Below, in pieces: positions 18,777 to 28,563 of a DNA stretch of 64,000 nucleotides (position 1 is the first letter of the stretch; each line of letters starts with the position of its first letter). Where the stretch lies: positions 5,729 through 69,728 of the forward strand of contig CAZBJD010000001.1 of NCBI GenBank assembly GCA_964492155.1, read 5' to 3'. The translations under genes were made by a program, and so were the position numbers. This stretch comes from an uncultured Eubacteriales bacterium. Lineage in GTDB: Bacteria > Bacillota > Clostridia > RGIG6154. Under the pieces are notes generated by a model, which was not told where the DNA came from, did no database searches, and saw only the letters and a program-made list of their open reading frames with translations.

Positions 18777-19574
18777 TTATGTGTGGCTTTTTAATTTACC
18801 GATGTAAGCATTAATATAACCGCCGAAAATTATTACAAATGAACACAAGTAAAGCCACAGCAAAAGGACAATTACGCTTCCCATAGTTCCATATAATTTT
18901 GAATAATCTGCAATTTGGCTGACATAGTACGAAAAAAATATCGATGACAAAGATAAGCCTGCAGTTGCAAAGATTGCTCCGGGTATTGCTTCGGAAAATT
19001 TAAGACGTTTTGGTGGCAAAATCATATACAGAAGCACCATATCTACTATTATTATTACAATTGTTGCCAACATTGTTAAGGTGTGCGAAAAATAGGTAAT
19101 GTCAATATATCGTGATATAAAACTCAGGCATATATTTACTAACAATGTAGCAAAAAATGAAAACACAATGAGAAACAGGACTACAATAGTTACGGCGATA
19201 GATACCACTCTTGAAATTAATGGGTTTTTCGGGATGTCGGTCTGATAATTTTCAGCAAGTGTTACTTTTAGAGAGTTAAAAAGCATTGATGATGACCACA
19301 AAGCAATTATGATATATACAACTGTATGAGTCGAAGATGAATCAACCGTTATTGTTAAAAAAGTGTTATATATTATGTCATATGTCATTGAAGGAAATAT
19401 ATAATGCAAGCTATCCAGGAAATTAACAACAGATAAAGAAAAAACAGATAGTAATTTTGTAATTATATAAATGAACGGAAATAAAGAAAGCAGAAAATAG
19501 AAAGCTGCCTGAGCAGAATGCATAAATATATTCTTTTTTATAATATTAGTAATAAATTTTTTTACGTGTAGCAT
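18777..19574 (-). CDS. YihY/BrkB-family membrane protein.
   Basis: …AAFYFLLSLFPF… signature. Likely start at MLHVKK (19574). The ORF track extends to a TTG at 19616. Confidence 0.75.
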   Translation of the reverse strand: MLHVKKFITNIIKKNIFMHSAQAAFYFLLSLFPFIYIITKLLSVFSLSVVNFLDSLHYIFPSMTYDIIYNTFLTITVDSSSTHTVVYIIIALWSSSMLFNSLKVTLAENYQTDIPKNPLISRVVSIAVTIVVLFLIVFSFFATLLVNICLSFISRYIDITYFSHTLTMLATIVIIIVDMVLLYMILPPKRLKFSEAIPGAIFATAGLSLSSIFFSYYVSQIADYSKLYGTMGSVIVLLLWLYLCSFVIIFGGYINAYIGKLKSHT

Positions 19575-19588
19575 ATTTACCCCATCTC

Positions 19589-19625
19589 TTGACATAATTT
19601 CAAATATATAGTACAATATATAGTA
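19589..19625 (+). promoter_or_regulatory. SigmaA promoter carrying a tandem 11-bp direct repeat.
   Basis: TTGACA - 17 nt - TACAAT. The repeat aatatatagta occurs twice (19603-19613 and 19615-19625), overlapping the -10 and +1 positions. Confidence 0.4.
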
Positions 19626-19715
19626 TAATATAATGTGTTAATTGTTGCTTTATATGTATATTATAAACATAAAAGGAAATAAAATCAAGATAAATTGAAA
19701 GGTGTTGAATTCTGC

Positions 19716-21680
19716 GTGAAAAAAGCGGAGTATGGTAATGAGAGTATAACATCTCTGAAAGGAGCTGACAGAGTCAGACTGAGACCCGGAGTTATGTTTG
19801 GCTCTGACGGTATTGAAGGATGCCAGCATTCTGTTTTTGAAATATTATCCAATTCAATTGATGAAGCAAGAGAGGGTTATGGTAATTTAATAACACTTGA
19901 AAGGTTTGACGATAATTCCATTAAAGTTACTGATAAAGGTAGAGGCGTACCTGTTGATTATAATGAAAAAGAAGAACGATATAACTGGGAACTTGTTTTT
20001 TGTGAATTGTATGCCGGTGGTAAATATAAGAACAATTCTGAAGATAATTATGAATTCTCGTTGGGTTTAAATGGTCTTGGTGCATGTGCAACTCAGTATG
20101 CTTCTGAATATATGGATGTTGTTGTGCATCGTGACGGATTTAAATATTCTCTCCACTTTGAAAAAGGTGAAAATATTGGCGGGCTTTTTAAAGAAATATC
20201 TGAAAGCAAGCTTACCGGTACGCAAATTACATGGAAACCGGATAATCAAGTGTTTACAGATATTAATATTCCGTCTGAGTATTTCATAAATGTTATGAAA
20301 AAGCAGGCGGTAGTCAATAAGGGGCTAAAATTTAAGTTTATTGATCATAAAGAAAATACAAATTTTGAATTTGTTTACCCTGATGGCATTGTTGATTATA
20401 TAAAAGAAATTGAAAACGAAAAAAGTTTTTCGGATATAAAGTTAATTGAAACCGAAAGAAAAGGCCGCGACAGAGAGGATAAGCCTGAATATAAAGTTAA
20501 ATTGTCATGTGCGTTTTGTTTTAATAATGAAGTTAATTTAATTGAATATTATCATAATTCAAGCTTTCTGGAGCATGGCGGTTCTCCCGATAAAGCGGTT
20601 AAAAATGCTTTTGTTTATTCTATTGATAAATTAATAAAAAATTCTAATAAATATAAAAACAACGAAGCTAAAATCAGTTTTGTTGATGTTGAAGACAGCT
20701 TGATTTTTGTTTCTAACAGTTTTTCAACGATTACCAGCTATGAAAATCAGACAAAGAAAGCAATCAGTAATAAGTTTATTCAAGACACTATGACTGAGTT
20801 TTTAAAGGAGCAACTTGATATTTTCTTCATTGAAAATAAAGCTGTTGCCGATAAAGTTGCTGATCAGATATTGCTTAATAAACGTTCAAGAGAAAACGCT
20901 GAAAAAGCCAAAATTTCTTACAAGAAAAAATTGAGTGGTAACACCGATGTTACAAATAGAGTTCAAAAATTTATTGATTGCCGTACAAAAGATGTAACAA
21001 GACGTGAAGTATATATCGTAGAAGGCGACTCTGCGATGGGGTCTTGTAAACAGGGAAGAGATGCAGAGTTTCAGGCAATTATTCCTGTCAGAGGTAAGAT
21101 ATTAAACTGCCTGAAAGCGGATTATCCAAAAATATTTTCAAGTGAGATAATTACCGATTTGCTGAAAGTATTGGGATGCGGCGTTGAAATCAAAACAAAA
21201 CATTCCCAGGAAATGTTTGACTTAAATGCGCTCCGCTGGAATAAAATTATAATCTGTACCGATGCCGATGTTGACGGATTTCAGATCAGAACTCTTATTC
21301 TTACTATGCTCTATACTTTAGTTCCGACTCTTATAAAAGAAGGAAAGGTTTTTATTGCAGAATCGCCTTTGTTTGAAATAACATCTAAAGGTGAAACTTA
21401 TTTTGCTTATAACGAAGCTGAAAAGGTGGAAATTCTCAAAAAACTTGATGGGCAGAAATGCTCTATTCAGCGTTCAAAGGGTTTGGGTGAAAATGAACCT
21501 GAAATGATGTGGCGCACGACCATGAATCCCGAAACAAGGAGATTGATAAAGGTTATGCCGCAGGATGAAGAAACTACACGCAGAATGTTTGATATTTTAT
21601 TGGGAGATAATCTTCAGGGCAGAAAAGATTACATTGCTGAGTTTGGCGGCAAGTATTTGGAACTTGCTGATATTTCATAA
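19716..21680 (+). CDS. Type IIA topoisomerase ATPase subunit (GyrB/ParE family).
   Basis: EGDSAMGS…QAIIPVRGKILN TOPRIM motif. Divergent N-terminal CQHSVFEILSNSIDEA. GTG start at 19716 after AAAGGTG. Confidence 0.85.
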   Translation: MKKAEYGNESITSLKGADRVRLRPGVMFGSDGIEGCQHSVFEILSNSIDEAREGYGNLITLERFDDNSIKVTDKGRGVPVDYNEKEERYNWELVFCELYAGGKYKNNSEDNYEFSLGLNGLGACATQYASEYMDVVVHRDGFKYSLHFEKGENIGGLFKEISESKLTGTQITWKPDNQVFTDINIPSEYFINVMKKQAVVNKGLKFKFIDHKENTNFEFVYPDGIVDYIKEIENEKSFSDIKLIETERKGRDREDKPEYKVKLSCAFCFNNEVNLIEYYHNSSFLEHGGSPDKAVKNAFVYSIDKLIKNSNKYKNNEAKISFVDVEDSLIFVSNSFSTITSYENQTKKAISNKFIQDTMTEFLKEQLDIFFIENKAVADKVADQILLNKRSRENAEKAKISYKKKLSGNTDVTNRVQKFIDCRTKDVTRREVYIVEGDSAMGSCKQGRDAEFQAIIPVRGKILNCLKADYPKIFSSEIITDLLKVLGCGVEIKTKHSQEMFDLNALRWNKIIICTDADVDGFQIRTLILTMLYTLVPTLIKEGKVFIAESPLFEITSKGETYFAYNEAEKVEILKKLDGQKCSIQRSKGLGENEPEMMWRTTMNPETRRLIKVMPQDEETTRRMFDILLGDNLQGRKDYIAEFGGKYLELADIS

Positions 21681-21692
21681 ACGGAGGGAAAT

Positions 21693-23867
21693 ATGAATTT
21701 TACTGAACAAAAAATTGCAGATACGCTTGAAACTAACTATATGCCATATGCAATGAGTGTTATTGTTTCGCGTGCTATTCCTGAAATTGACGGATTTAAA
21801 CCTTCCCATAGAAAATTACTGTATACAATGTATAAAATGGGACTTCTTACCGGAGCAAAAACAAAGTCAGCAAATGTTGTTGGACAAACTATGCGTCTCA
21901 ATCCTCATGGTGATATGGCAATTTATGAAACTATGGTACGTCTCACCAGGGGTAATGCAGCACTTTTGCATCCTTTTGTTGATTCAAAGGGCAACTTCGG
22001 TAAACAATTTTCACGGGATATGGCATTTGCGGCATCGCGTTATACTGAAGTAAAACTTGATGAAATTTGCAAGGAACTGTTTTCGGAAATTGACAAGGAT
22101 TCCGTAGATTTTCAGGATAACTATGACGCTACGATGAAAGAACCCAAATTACTTCCTGTGACTTTCCCGAATATTTTGGTAAATCCAAATGAAGGTATTG
22201 CTGTTGGTATGGCAAGTAAAATTTGCAGTTTCAATCTTCGTGAAGTTTGTGATGCCACAATTGCATATATGCGTGACGAAAATGTGGATTTAATTCCTAT
22301 ATTGAAAGCACCGGATTTCCCGGGCGGCGGCCAGATTTTGTATGACGAAAAGGAAATGCGCGAAATTTACGAAACAGGCAGAGGCAGTTTTAAAATCCGC
22401 TCAAAATACAATCACGATAAAAAGAATAACGTTATCGAAATTACAGAAATTCCTTATTCGACAGCTGCTGAAGTTATTATTGATAAAATTATAGAATTGA
22501 TTAAAGCAGGTAAGATTAAGGATGTGACAGATGTTCGTGATGAAACAGATCTTTCGGGCTTAAAAATTACACTTGATATAAAACGCAGTACTGACGTTGA
22601 GAAACTGATGTCAATGTTGTTCAAAACTACCACACTTCAGGATACATTCAGTTGTAATTTCAACTTGTTGATTGATGGTATGCCCAAAGTGCTTGGCGTA
22701 AAACAGATTCTTGGCGAGTGGGTCAGATTTCGTATTAATTGCGTAAAAAGGACTTTGAAATTTGATTTATCTAAAAAGGAAGCTCGGTTGCACCTGCTAA
22801 AGGGACTTGAAAAAATTCTTTTGGACATCGACAAAGCCGTAAAAATCATCAGGGAGACGGAAAAAGATTCTCAGGTTATTCCTACACTTATGGAAGGTTT
22901 TGGAATTGATGAAATTCAGGCAAATTTTGTTGCTGAAATCAAACTCAGAAATCTGAATAAAGAATATATTCTCAAAAACATTGTTGATATTGCTGATTTA
23001 GAAAGAGAAATCGATGATATCAAGTTAACACTTGACAGCGAAAGACGAATTAAAAATCTTATTTCCAAGCAATTACAGGAAATATCTAAAAAATACGGGA
23101 AGGACAGGCAGACTGAAATTATTTCTGCCGAAGACAATCAAATTGAATATGTCCCTGAAAAATTTATCGATGATTTCGCACTTAAAATTTTTGTTACCAA
23201 GCAAGGTTATATCAAGAAGATATCATTGGTTTCATTACGAGCCAGCAATGTGCAAAAATTGAAAGAAACTGATGAAATAATGACAGAATTGGAAACATCA
23301 AACAAAGAAGAACTACTTTTGTTTTCTAATCAGTGTAATGTTTACAAACTGAAAATTTATGAAATTCCTAATGCCAAAGCCAGTGATTTAGGTGAATATA
23401 TGTCTAATATTTTGGGCTTGAACGAAGGTGAAATGATAGTTAATGCTGTTGTTGCCGGCGACTATAAAGGTTATATGGTTTTTGGATTTGAAGACGGAAG
23501 AACATGTAAGGTTCCGCTTTCAGCATATGTTACCAAGACTAACAGAAAGATGTTAACAAAAGCATATTCCGATCATTGTTTAATGGTATCCTCTGTGTTT
23601 ATTCCTGAAGAATCTGATTTGGTGGCATTTGGCAGCAATGAAAAAGCTTTAGTATTCAACACTACTATGATTCCCGAGAAAGTAACAAGAAGTTCACAAG
23701 GCGTTAAGACCTTTAATCCCGGTAAGAGAGGTAAAATGATTAACCTCATTTTGCTTGAAAACTCCGGAATTTCCGATCCGAAGCCATACAAGTCGAGAAA
23801 TCTGCCTGCTGCAGGTGCAAAGTTATCTGCTGAAGACAAAGACGGCGAGCAGCTTTCTTTAATTTAA
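21693..23867 (+). CDS. Type IIA topoisomerase A subunit (GyrA/ParC family).
   Basis: YAMSVIVSRAIPEIDGFKPSHRK and the active-site AASRYTE. 724 aa, with no recognisable GyrA-box. Confidence 0.85.
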   Translation: MNFTEQKIADTLETNYMPYAMSVIVSRAIPEIDGFKPSHRKLLYTMYKMGLLTGAKTKSANVVGQTMRLNPHGDMAIYETMVRLTRGNAALLHPFVDSKGNFGKQFSRDMAFAASRYTEVKLDEICKELFSEIDKDSVDFQDNYDATMKEPKLLPVTFPNILVNPNEGIAVGMASKICSFNLREVCDATIAYMRDENVDLIPILKAPDFPGGGQILYDEKEMREIYETGRGSFKIRSKYNHDKKNNVIEITEIPYSTAAEVIIDKIIELIKAGKIKDVTDVRDETDLSGLKITLDIKRSTDVEKLMSMLFKTTTLQDTFSCNFNLLIDGMPKVLGVKQILGEWVRFRINCVKRTLKFDLSKKEARLHLLKGLEKILLDIDKAVKIIRETEKDSQVIPTLMEGFGIDEIQANFVAEIKLRNLNKEYILKNIVDIADLEREIDDIKLTLDSERRIKNLISKQLQEISKKYGKDRQTEIISAEDNQIEYVPEKFIDDFALKIFVTKQGYIKKISLVSLRASNVQKLKETDEIMTELETSNKEELLLFSNQCNVYKLKIYEIPNAKASDLGEYMSNILGLNEGEMIVNAVVAGDYKGYMVFGFEDGRTCKVPLSAYVTKTNRKMLTKAYSDHCLMVSSVFIPEESDLVAFGSNEKALVFNTTMIPEKVTRSSQGVKTFNPGKRGKMINLILLENSGISDPKPYKSRNLPAAGAKLSAEDKDGEQLSLI

Positions 23868-23874
23868 AAAACTA

Positions 23875-23903
23875 TTGATATTATTTACATTTTATGGTAA
23901 AAT
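23875..23903 (+). promoter_or_regulatory. SigmaA promoter for yajC.
   Basis: TTGATA - 17 nt - TGgTAAAAT. Confidence 0.45.
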
Positions 23904-23938
23904 ATTTAACATAAACATATTAAGGAGGTGCATTCATA

Positions 23939-24274
23939 ATGCCAATGGACCAGTTTATCGCCAAATATGGTATGTGGATTTATCTGATTTTCATCATTGC
24001 AATTTTTTATTTTATTCTTATCAGACCACAGAAAAAAAAGGATAAAGAGCACAAAGATATGATTTCGTCTCTGAAAAAAGGCGACCAGATTGTTACAATC
24101 GGCGGCTTCTACGCTAAAGTTGTTTCTCTTAAAGATCAAACACTTACAGTTATGTTAGGTGATTCTAAAGTGAAAATTGAACTTAGTGCTGTTAAAGCAG
24201 TTGTAAAAACTAACGACAACGCCGAATCTGTTATTGAAGAAGAAACTGCAGCTACAGAAGAAACAGAAGAATAA
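23939..24274 (+). CDS. yajC: Preprotein translocase subunit YajC.
   Basis: 111 aa. Transmembrane helix, then …GDQIVTIGGFYAKVV…. Confidence 0.8.
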   Translation: MPMDQFIAKYGMWIYLIFIIAIFYFILIRPQKKKDKEHKDMISSLKKGDQIVTIGGFYAKVVSLKDQTLTVMLGDSKVKIELSAVKAVVKTNDNAESVIEEETAATEETEE

Positions 24275-24343
24275 TCGAAACGAATATTAAACACACTTCA
24301 CGCATACTATTTAGTAACTTGAGTAAGCGGGGAGTGTGTTTTT

Positions 24344-24763
24344 TTGGATAAAATAAAATATATTAAAACAAGTGACTATAAAATTTCAGAACGCATTAAT
24401 TTAAGAAAAATTATAAAAAATGTCTTTTGGGGACTTTTTGCGGTAGGTGTATTATTGCTGTTATGTTCAATAATTTTTACTTATACTGATTTTGACGCAA
24501 AATATATCTCAATCGTTGCCAAAGTTATTCTATATCTTGGGGCAACATCGGTTGGTATTTTCTCAAGCTTAAAGGCAAAAAGTAACGGCTGGCTTATGGG
24601 CGGAACATCAAGTGCAATTTATATAGTAATTTTGGCAATAATCAGATTAATATTTTGTCCGGGCAAAACAATCGATGCTTCTGTGTTAATTTCTTTGGTT
24701 GGCACAATATTCTTTGGTGTGCTTGGAGGAATATTAGGTATAAATCTTAAATTAAAAAAATAA
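24344..24763 (+). CDS. Small four-transmembrane-helix membrane protein, possibly TIGR04086-like.
   Basis: TTG start lying inside a T-tract. Hydrophobic profile only. Confidence 0.35.
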   Translation: MDKIKYIKTSDYKISERINLRKIIKNVFWGLFAVGVLLLLCSIIFTYTDFDAKYISIVAKVILYLGATSVGIFSSLKAKSNGWLMGGTSSAIYIVILAIIRLIFCPGKTIDASVLISLVGTIFFGVLGGILGINLKLKK

Positions 24764-24796
24764 GAAAGTCGCACATTGTGACTTTCTTATTTTTTT
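24762..24796 (+). terminator. Intrinsic terminator.
   Basis: Stem aagaaagtc/gactttctt followed by T8. Confidence 0.65.
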
Positions 24797-24830
24797 ACTA
24801 ACTCAATAATACTTGATTTATTGATTATGC

Positions 24831-24859
24831 TTGAATTGTGGAATGTTATATGTTATAAT
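24831..24859 (+). promoter_or_regulatory. SigmaA promoter for ireB.
   Basis: TTGAAT - 17 nt - TATAAT. Confidence 0.45.
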
Positions 24860-24889
24860 AATATAAATAGTTAGAGAGGAGCAGTAACT

Positions 24890-25141
24890 ATGAATCAAAA
24901 TGAAACTGTAAAATTTAAAGTAACAAAAGATACAAAAGACAGAGCCAGAGAAATTATGAATACTGTTTATGACGCATTAAAAGAAAAAGGTTATAATCCT
25001 GTTAATCAAATTGTCGGCTATTTTCTTTCGGGTGACCCATCGTATATAACAGGTCATCAAAACGCACGTGCTATTATTACAAAGCTTGAACGTGATGAGT
25101 TGCTTGAAGAAATTGTTAAGTATTATATTGCTGAGGAATAA
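24890..25141 (+). CDS. ireB: IreB/UPF0297-family regulatory protein.
   Basis: …[20 protein letters not shown]…, close to B. subtilis YrzL. Confidence 0.8.
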   Translation: MNQNETVKFKVTKDTKDRAREIMNTVYDALKEKGYNPVNQIVGYFLSGDPSYITGHQNARAIITKLERDELLEEIVKYYIAEE

Positions 25142-25149
25142 TACATTTT

Positions 25150-26682
25150 ATGTTAAATAAATCTATCAAAACTGTGTCCGGTATGTTCATCATAATGATG
25201 TTCGCAAAAATTTTAGGACAAGTTCGTGAAATAATGCTTGCCGGATATTATGGAACAGGTGCTGAAGCATCAGCATTTTTAACTGCGTCGCAAATACCTT
25301 TAAATTTCTTTGATATGATTTTGGGACTTGCGATTGTATCTGCCTTTGTTCCTGTTTTTAATGAATATTACCAAAAATACGGAAAAGATGAGGCTAATTC
25401 TTTTGCCAATAACTTCATTGGCGTTGTATTGTTGATTTCGGTAGTTATATCGCTTTTAGGAGTTGGTTTCTCCCGTAATCTTGTTGGATTGTTGGCTAAT
25501 GGATTTGATACAGATACTGTTGTTTTGACATCCCGATTGCTGAAAATAATGTTTCCTTCACTTATTTTCACTGCATTAGCTTATTCCTATGCCGGAATTG
25601 TTCAATCATACGGCGAGTTCAAGATTCCTGCGGCCATGAGCATTGCATCGAATCTCGTAGCAATATTGTACTTTTTAATTTTTAACAAAAACAGCGGTAT
25701 CTATGGATTAGCATTTGCGATGCTTTTTGGATGGGGATTACAACTGCTGATTTTATTGCCATCACTATTTAAGTTTAATTATAAATTTGGACTTAAATTT
25801 AACTTTTGGCATCCCGGAATGAAAAAAGTGTATAAACTCGCACTTCCTATTCTTTTGAGTTCGTGGGTTCAGCCGCTTAATGTGATGGTAAATTTATATC
25901 TTGCCTCATTTATTGATGGTGGTAATGCAGTTAGTTACATCAATTACGCTAATAAATTATATCTGATAATCGTTGGCGTATTTACCATGTCGGTAACTAA
26001 TCTTATTCTGCCGGAACTTTCAAGGTTGTTTGCTGCCAACAGGAATACAGACTGTGCCGGTGTAATTACCGCTTCGCTAAAAGCTACGATAATTTTTATT
26101 ACACCAATTATGTTGCTGTTTTTGGCATTTTCCCGCCCAATTGTGGAAGTTATATATATGCGAGGTGCTTTTGACACCGAGTCTGTACGTATGACTTCGA
26201 TAGCATTGTTTTTCTACAGTTTTGGTATGCTGGGTTACGGACTGCAGGAAGTATTGAATAAAAGCTTTTATTCAATGCAAAATTCTGTTGTCCCAATGAA
26301 AAATGCACTTTTTACAATAACCGTAAATATTGTTTTAAGTTTCTTGCTCTATGAAAAAGCAGGTGTTGCGGGATTGGCTTTGTCATCTGCATTTGCAGCG
26401 ATATGCAGTGCTGTCAATCTTATTCATAAGATTAAGAGAGCTGTACCATTGATTGACGTAAAATCGAATGTAATATTGTTGATAAAAACTTTAACTTCAT
26501 CAGCAATATCAGTCGTTGTTGCAAGAATTGTTTATACGGCACTTGAAGGTTTTATCAATGGTTTCCTGATAAAATTTGTTATTCTTGCTTTATGTGTGTT
26601 ATGTGCGTTATTAATATATTTTGTTCTTTTAGTTTTGATGCGTGTTAAGGACATTAGTAATTTGATTAAGAAAGGGGAGTAG
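25150..26682 (+). CDS. murJ: Lipid II flippase MurJ (MviN).
   Basis: 510 aa, 14 transmembrane helices, MurJ N-terminal signature. Confidence 0.85.
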   Translation: MLNKSIKTVSGMFIIMMFAKILGQVREIMLAGYYGTGAEASAFLTASQIPLNFFDMILGLAIVSAFVPVFNEYYQKYGKDEANSFANNFIGVVLLISVVISLLGVGFSRNLVGLLANGFDTDTVVLTSRLLKIMFPSLIFTALAYSYAGIVQSYGEFKIPAAMSIASNLVAILYFLIFNKNSGIYGLAFAMLFGWGLQLLILLPSLFKFNYKFGLKFNFWHPGMKKVYKLALPILLSSWVQPLNVMVNLYLASFIDGGNAVSYINYANKLYLIIVGVFTMSVTNLILPELSRLFAANRNTDCAGVITASLKATIIFITPIMLLFLAFSRPIVEVIYMRGAFDTESVRMTSIALFFYSFGMLGYGLQEVLNKSFYSMQNSVVPMKNALFTITVNIVLSFLLYEKAGVAGLALSSAFAAICSAVNLIHKIKRAVPLIDVKSNVILLIKTLTSSAISVVVARIVYTALEGFINGFLIKFVILALCVLCALLIYFVLLVLMRVKDISNLIKKGE

Positions 26683-26685
26683 ATT

Positions 26686-28563
26686 GTGACTGTCAAATCA
26701 ATAATAATCACTTTGTTCATAAAAGCATACACTGCAATTGGCAGCTTGATTCAAAAAAGTGCCATATGGCATTTTCTTACAACATTGAATGATAAATTCA
26801 ATGAAAAAGTGAAATCCAGTGCCATAGTTTATGCGTTTTCTGCACATGACAAGTTTGATGATGATTACTCGAAGTGTAAGCGATATGACATATCTATATT
26901 GGATAGATTTGCAAATAAAATATTTGCTTCGATAAGAGAGTTTTTAGATAAAAGTGCTATTATTACTTATTTTTCTAACTTGTGTGCTGATTTAATTAGT
27001 GTACCATTAGTATTCCCGGGAATTGTGCTGACTCTATGGGGTGGAATTGGGATTATTGGTTCTTTTCTTAAGAATGCCGGTACAGTTGCCACTTTGATTT
27101 GTGCTGCACTTCTTACTATTGGAGTTGTGTTGGCTATAGCAGGGCACAGTATTGTTACAACGCTTAACAATTCTTTTACTATTAGATATATACTTAAAAA
27201 GTTTCATATTGCTGTTCCTGACGATAAGCCCTTGAAAAACATATATAATTATGGGTCGTATGCTTTTGTCGGTGCGTTGCTTGGCATCTCAACGCTTATT
27301 TTCGGTTTGATACCTACCGCTTTGGTTATAATCTTGATAATTGCAACCGTAATATTCTTTAGATATACGGTTTTTGCAGCATGGTTGTACGTTTGTATCC
27401 TGCCATTTATGCCGACAATGGCGATGGTTTTGTACGGGATTGCTTTATTTGGCAGTGTTGTTGTCAAATGTTGCTTGGGATATAAAAACAATTTATTCGC
27501 GGACAAGTATGCCTTTAATATGTTGTTGCTGTTTATGGGGATTTCCTTTGCAATTGCAGCTATGTTTTCTTTTGCAAAAGCATCAAGCGTTAAGATTGCT
27601 ATGGTGTATATAGCATTTTTGTGTTCAAGTTATGCTTTGGTTAAATTGTTTTCTACCAAAAAAGTTATCGTTTCGGTTTTAAATGGAATTTCTGCTTTTT
27701 CCTTGCCTGTATCATTGTTTGGTATTTACCAACATTTTAGTGGGTTTGATAATCAAAATACATGGATTGATACCGAGATGTTTGATGAGATTTCAGGTCG
27801 TGTCGTGTCCTTCTTTGGCAATCCGAATGTTTTTGGTGAATATCTTATTCTTGTTATAATTACATCTGCCGTTTGCTTCTTTATTTCAAAAAATATGTAT
27901 GCAAAAATTATACATTTAGCAGCGGTTGCTTTTTCCGGTGTAGCTTTGGTTTTCACATATTCGCGCGGTTGCTGGATTGGGTTGATTTTTGCAGTTGTGA
28001 TTTTCCTTTTTATGAGCAAGCGTAAAATGTTTGCAGTTTTTTGCATCCTTGGACTTGCTTCAATATTCTTTTTACCGGATAGTATAATATCCAGAATAAC
28101 TAGTGTCGGCAACTTAGCTGACAGTTCCACGTCCTACAGAGTTTATATTTGGGAAGGCACAATCAATATGTTAAAAGATTTTTGGATTACGGGAATTGGG
28201 CTTGGCTCTGATGCTTTTAATTCAATATATCCGCTGTATGCCTATTCAGCTATTACTGCACCACATCCGCACAATCTGTACCTCGTTATTTTGACAGAAA
28301 CCGGCATTGTTGGTGCTGTGGCCTTCATTTTGATTATTATATTCTATTATAAACGACTATTTTCAATTGTAAGGAGTTCAAATGATGCAACCCTGAAAAC
28401 TATAGCTTCAGGTTTGATTGCAGCCATAAGCGGCTATTTACTGCAAGGTATGTTTGATAACGTTTGGTACAACTACAGAGTTTTTCTTATGTTTTGGATA
28501 TATATAGCTATCGGATTAGCCGTTGACATTGTTGCAAGGAGGAAGTTAGATGGGAAAAATTAA
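26686..28563 (+). CDS. O-antigen-ligase-like polytopic membrane protein (Wzy_C family).
   Basis: GTG start after AAAGGGGAG. Wzy_C core around …YSRGCWIGL…. 625 aa. Confidence 0.65.
   Translation: MTVKSIIITLFIKAYTAIGSLIQKSAIWHFLTTLNDKFNEKVKSSAIVYAFSAHDKFDDDYSKCKRYDISILDRFANKIFASIREFLDKSAIITYFSNLCADLISVPLVFPGIVLTLWGGIGIIGSFLKNAGTVATLICAALLTIGVVLAIAGHSIVTTLNNSFTIRYILKKFHIAVPDDKPLKNIYNYGSYAFVGALLGISTLIFGLIPTALVIILIIATVIFFRYTVFAAWLYVCILPFMPTMAMVLYGIALFGSVVVKCCLGYKNNLFADKYAFNMLLLFMGISFAIAAMFSFAKASSVKIAMVYIAFLCSSYALVKLFSTKKVIVSVLNGISAFSLPVSLFGIYQHFSGFDNQNTWIDTEMFDEISGRVVSFFGNPNVFGEYLILVIITSAVCFFISKNMYAKIIHLAAVAFSGVALVFTYSRGCWIGLIFAVVIFLFMSKRKMFAVFCILGLASIFFLPDSIISRITSVGNLADSSTSYRVYIWEGTINMLKDFWITGIGLGSDAFNSIYPLYAYSAITAPHPHNLYLVILTETGIVGAVAFILIIIFYYKRLFSIVRSSNDATLKTIASGLIAAISGYLLQGMFDNVWYNYRVFLMFWIYIAIGLAVDIVARRKLDGKN

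Noticed and set aside
20067-20289. Small same-strand out-of-frame and antisense ORFs inside the topoisomerase and Mfd genes (e.g. 20071-20289, 59667-59971).
   Set aside because: They are embedded in conserved coding sequence of long, well-supported genes, with no independent signals.
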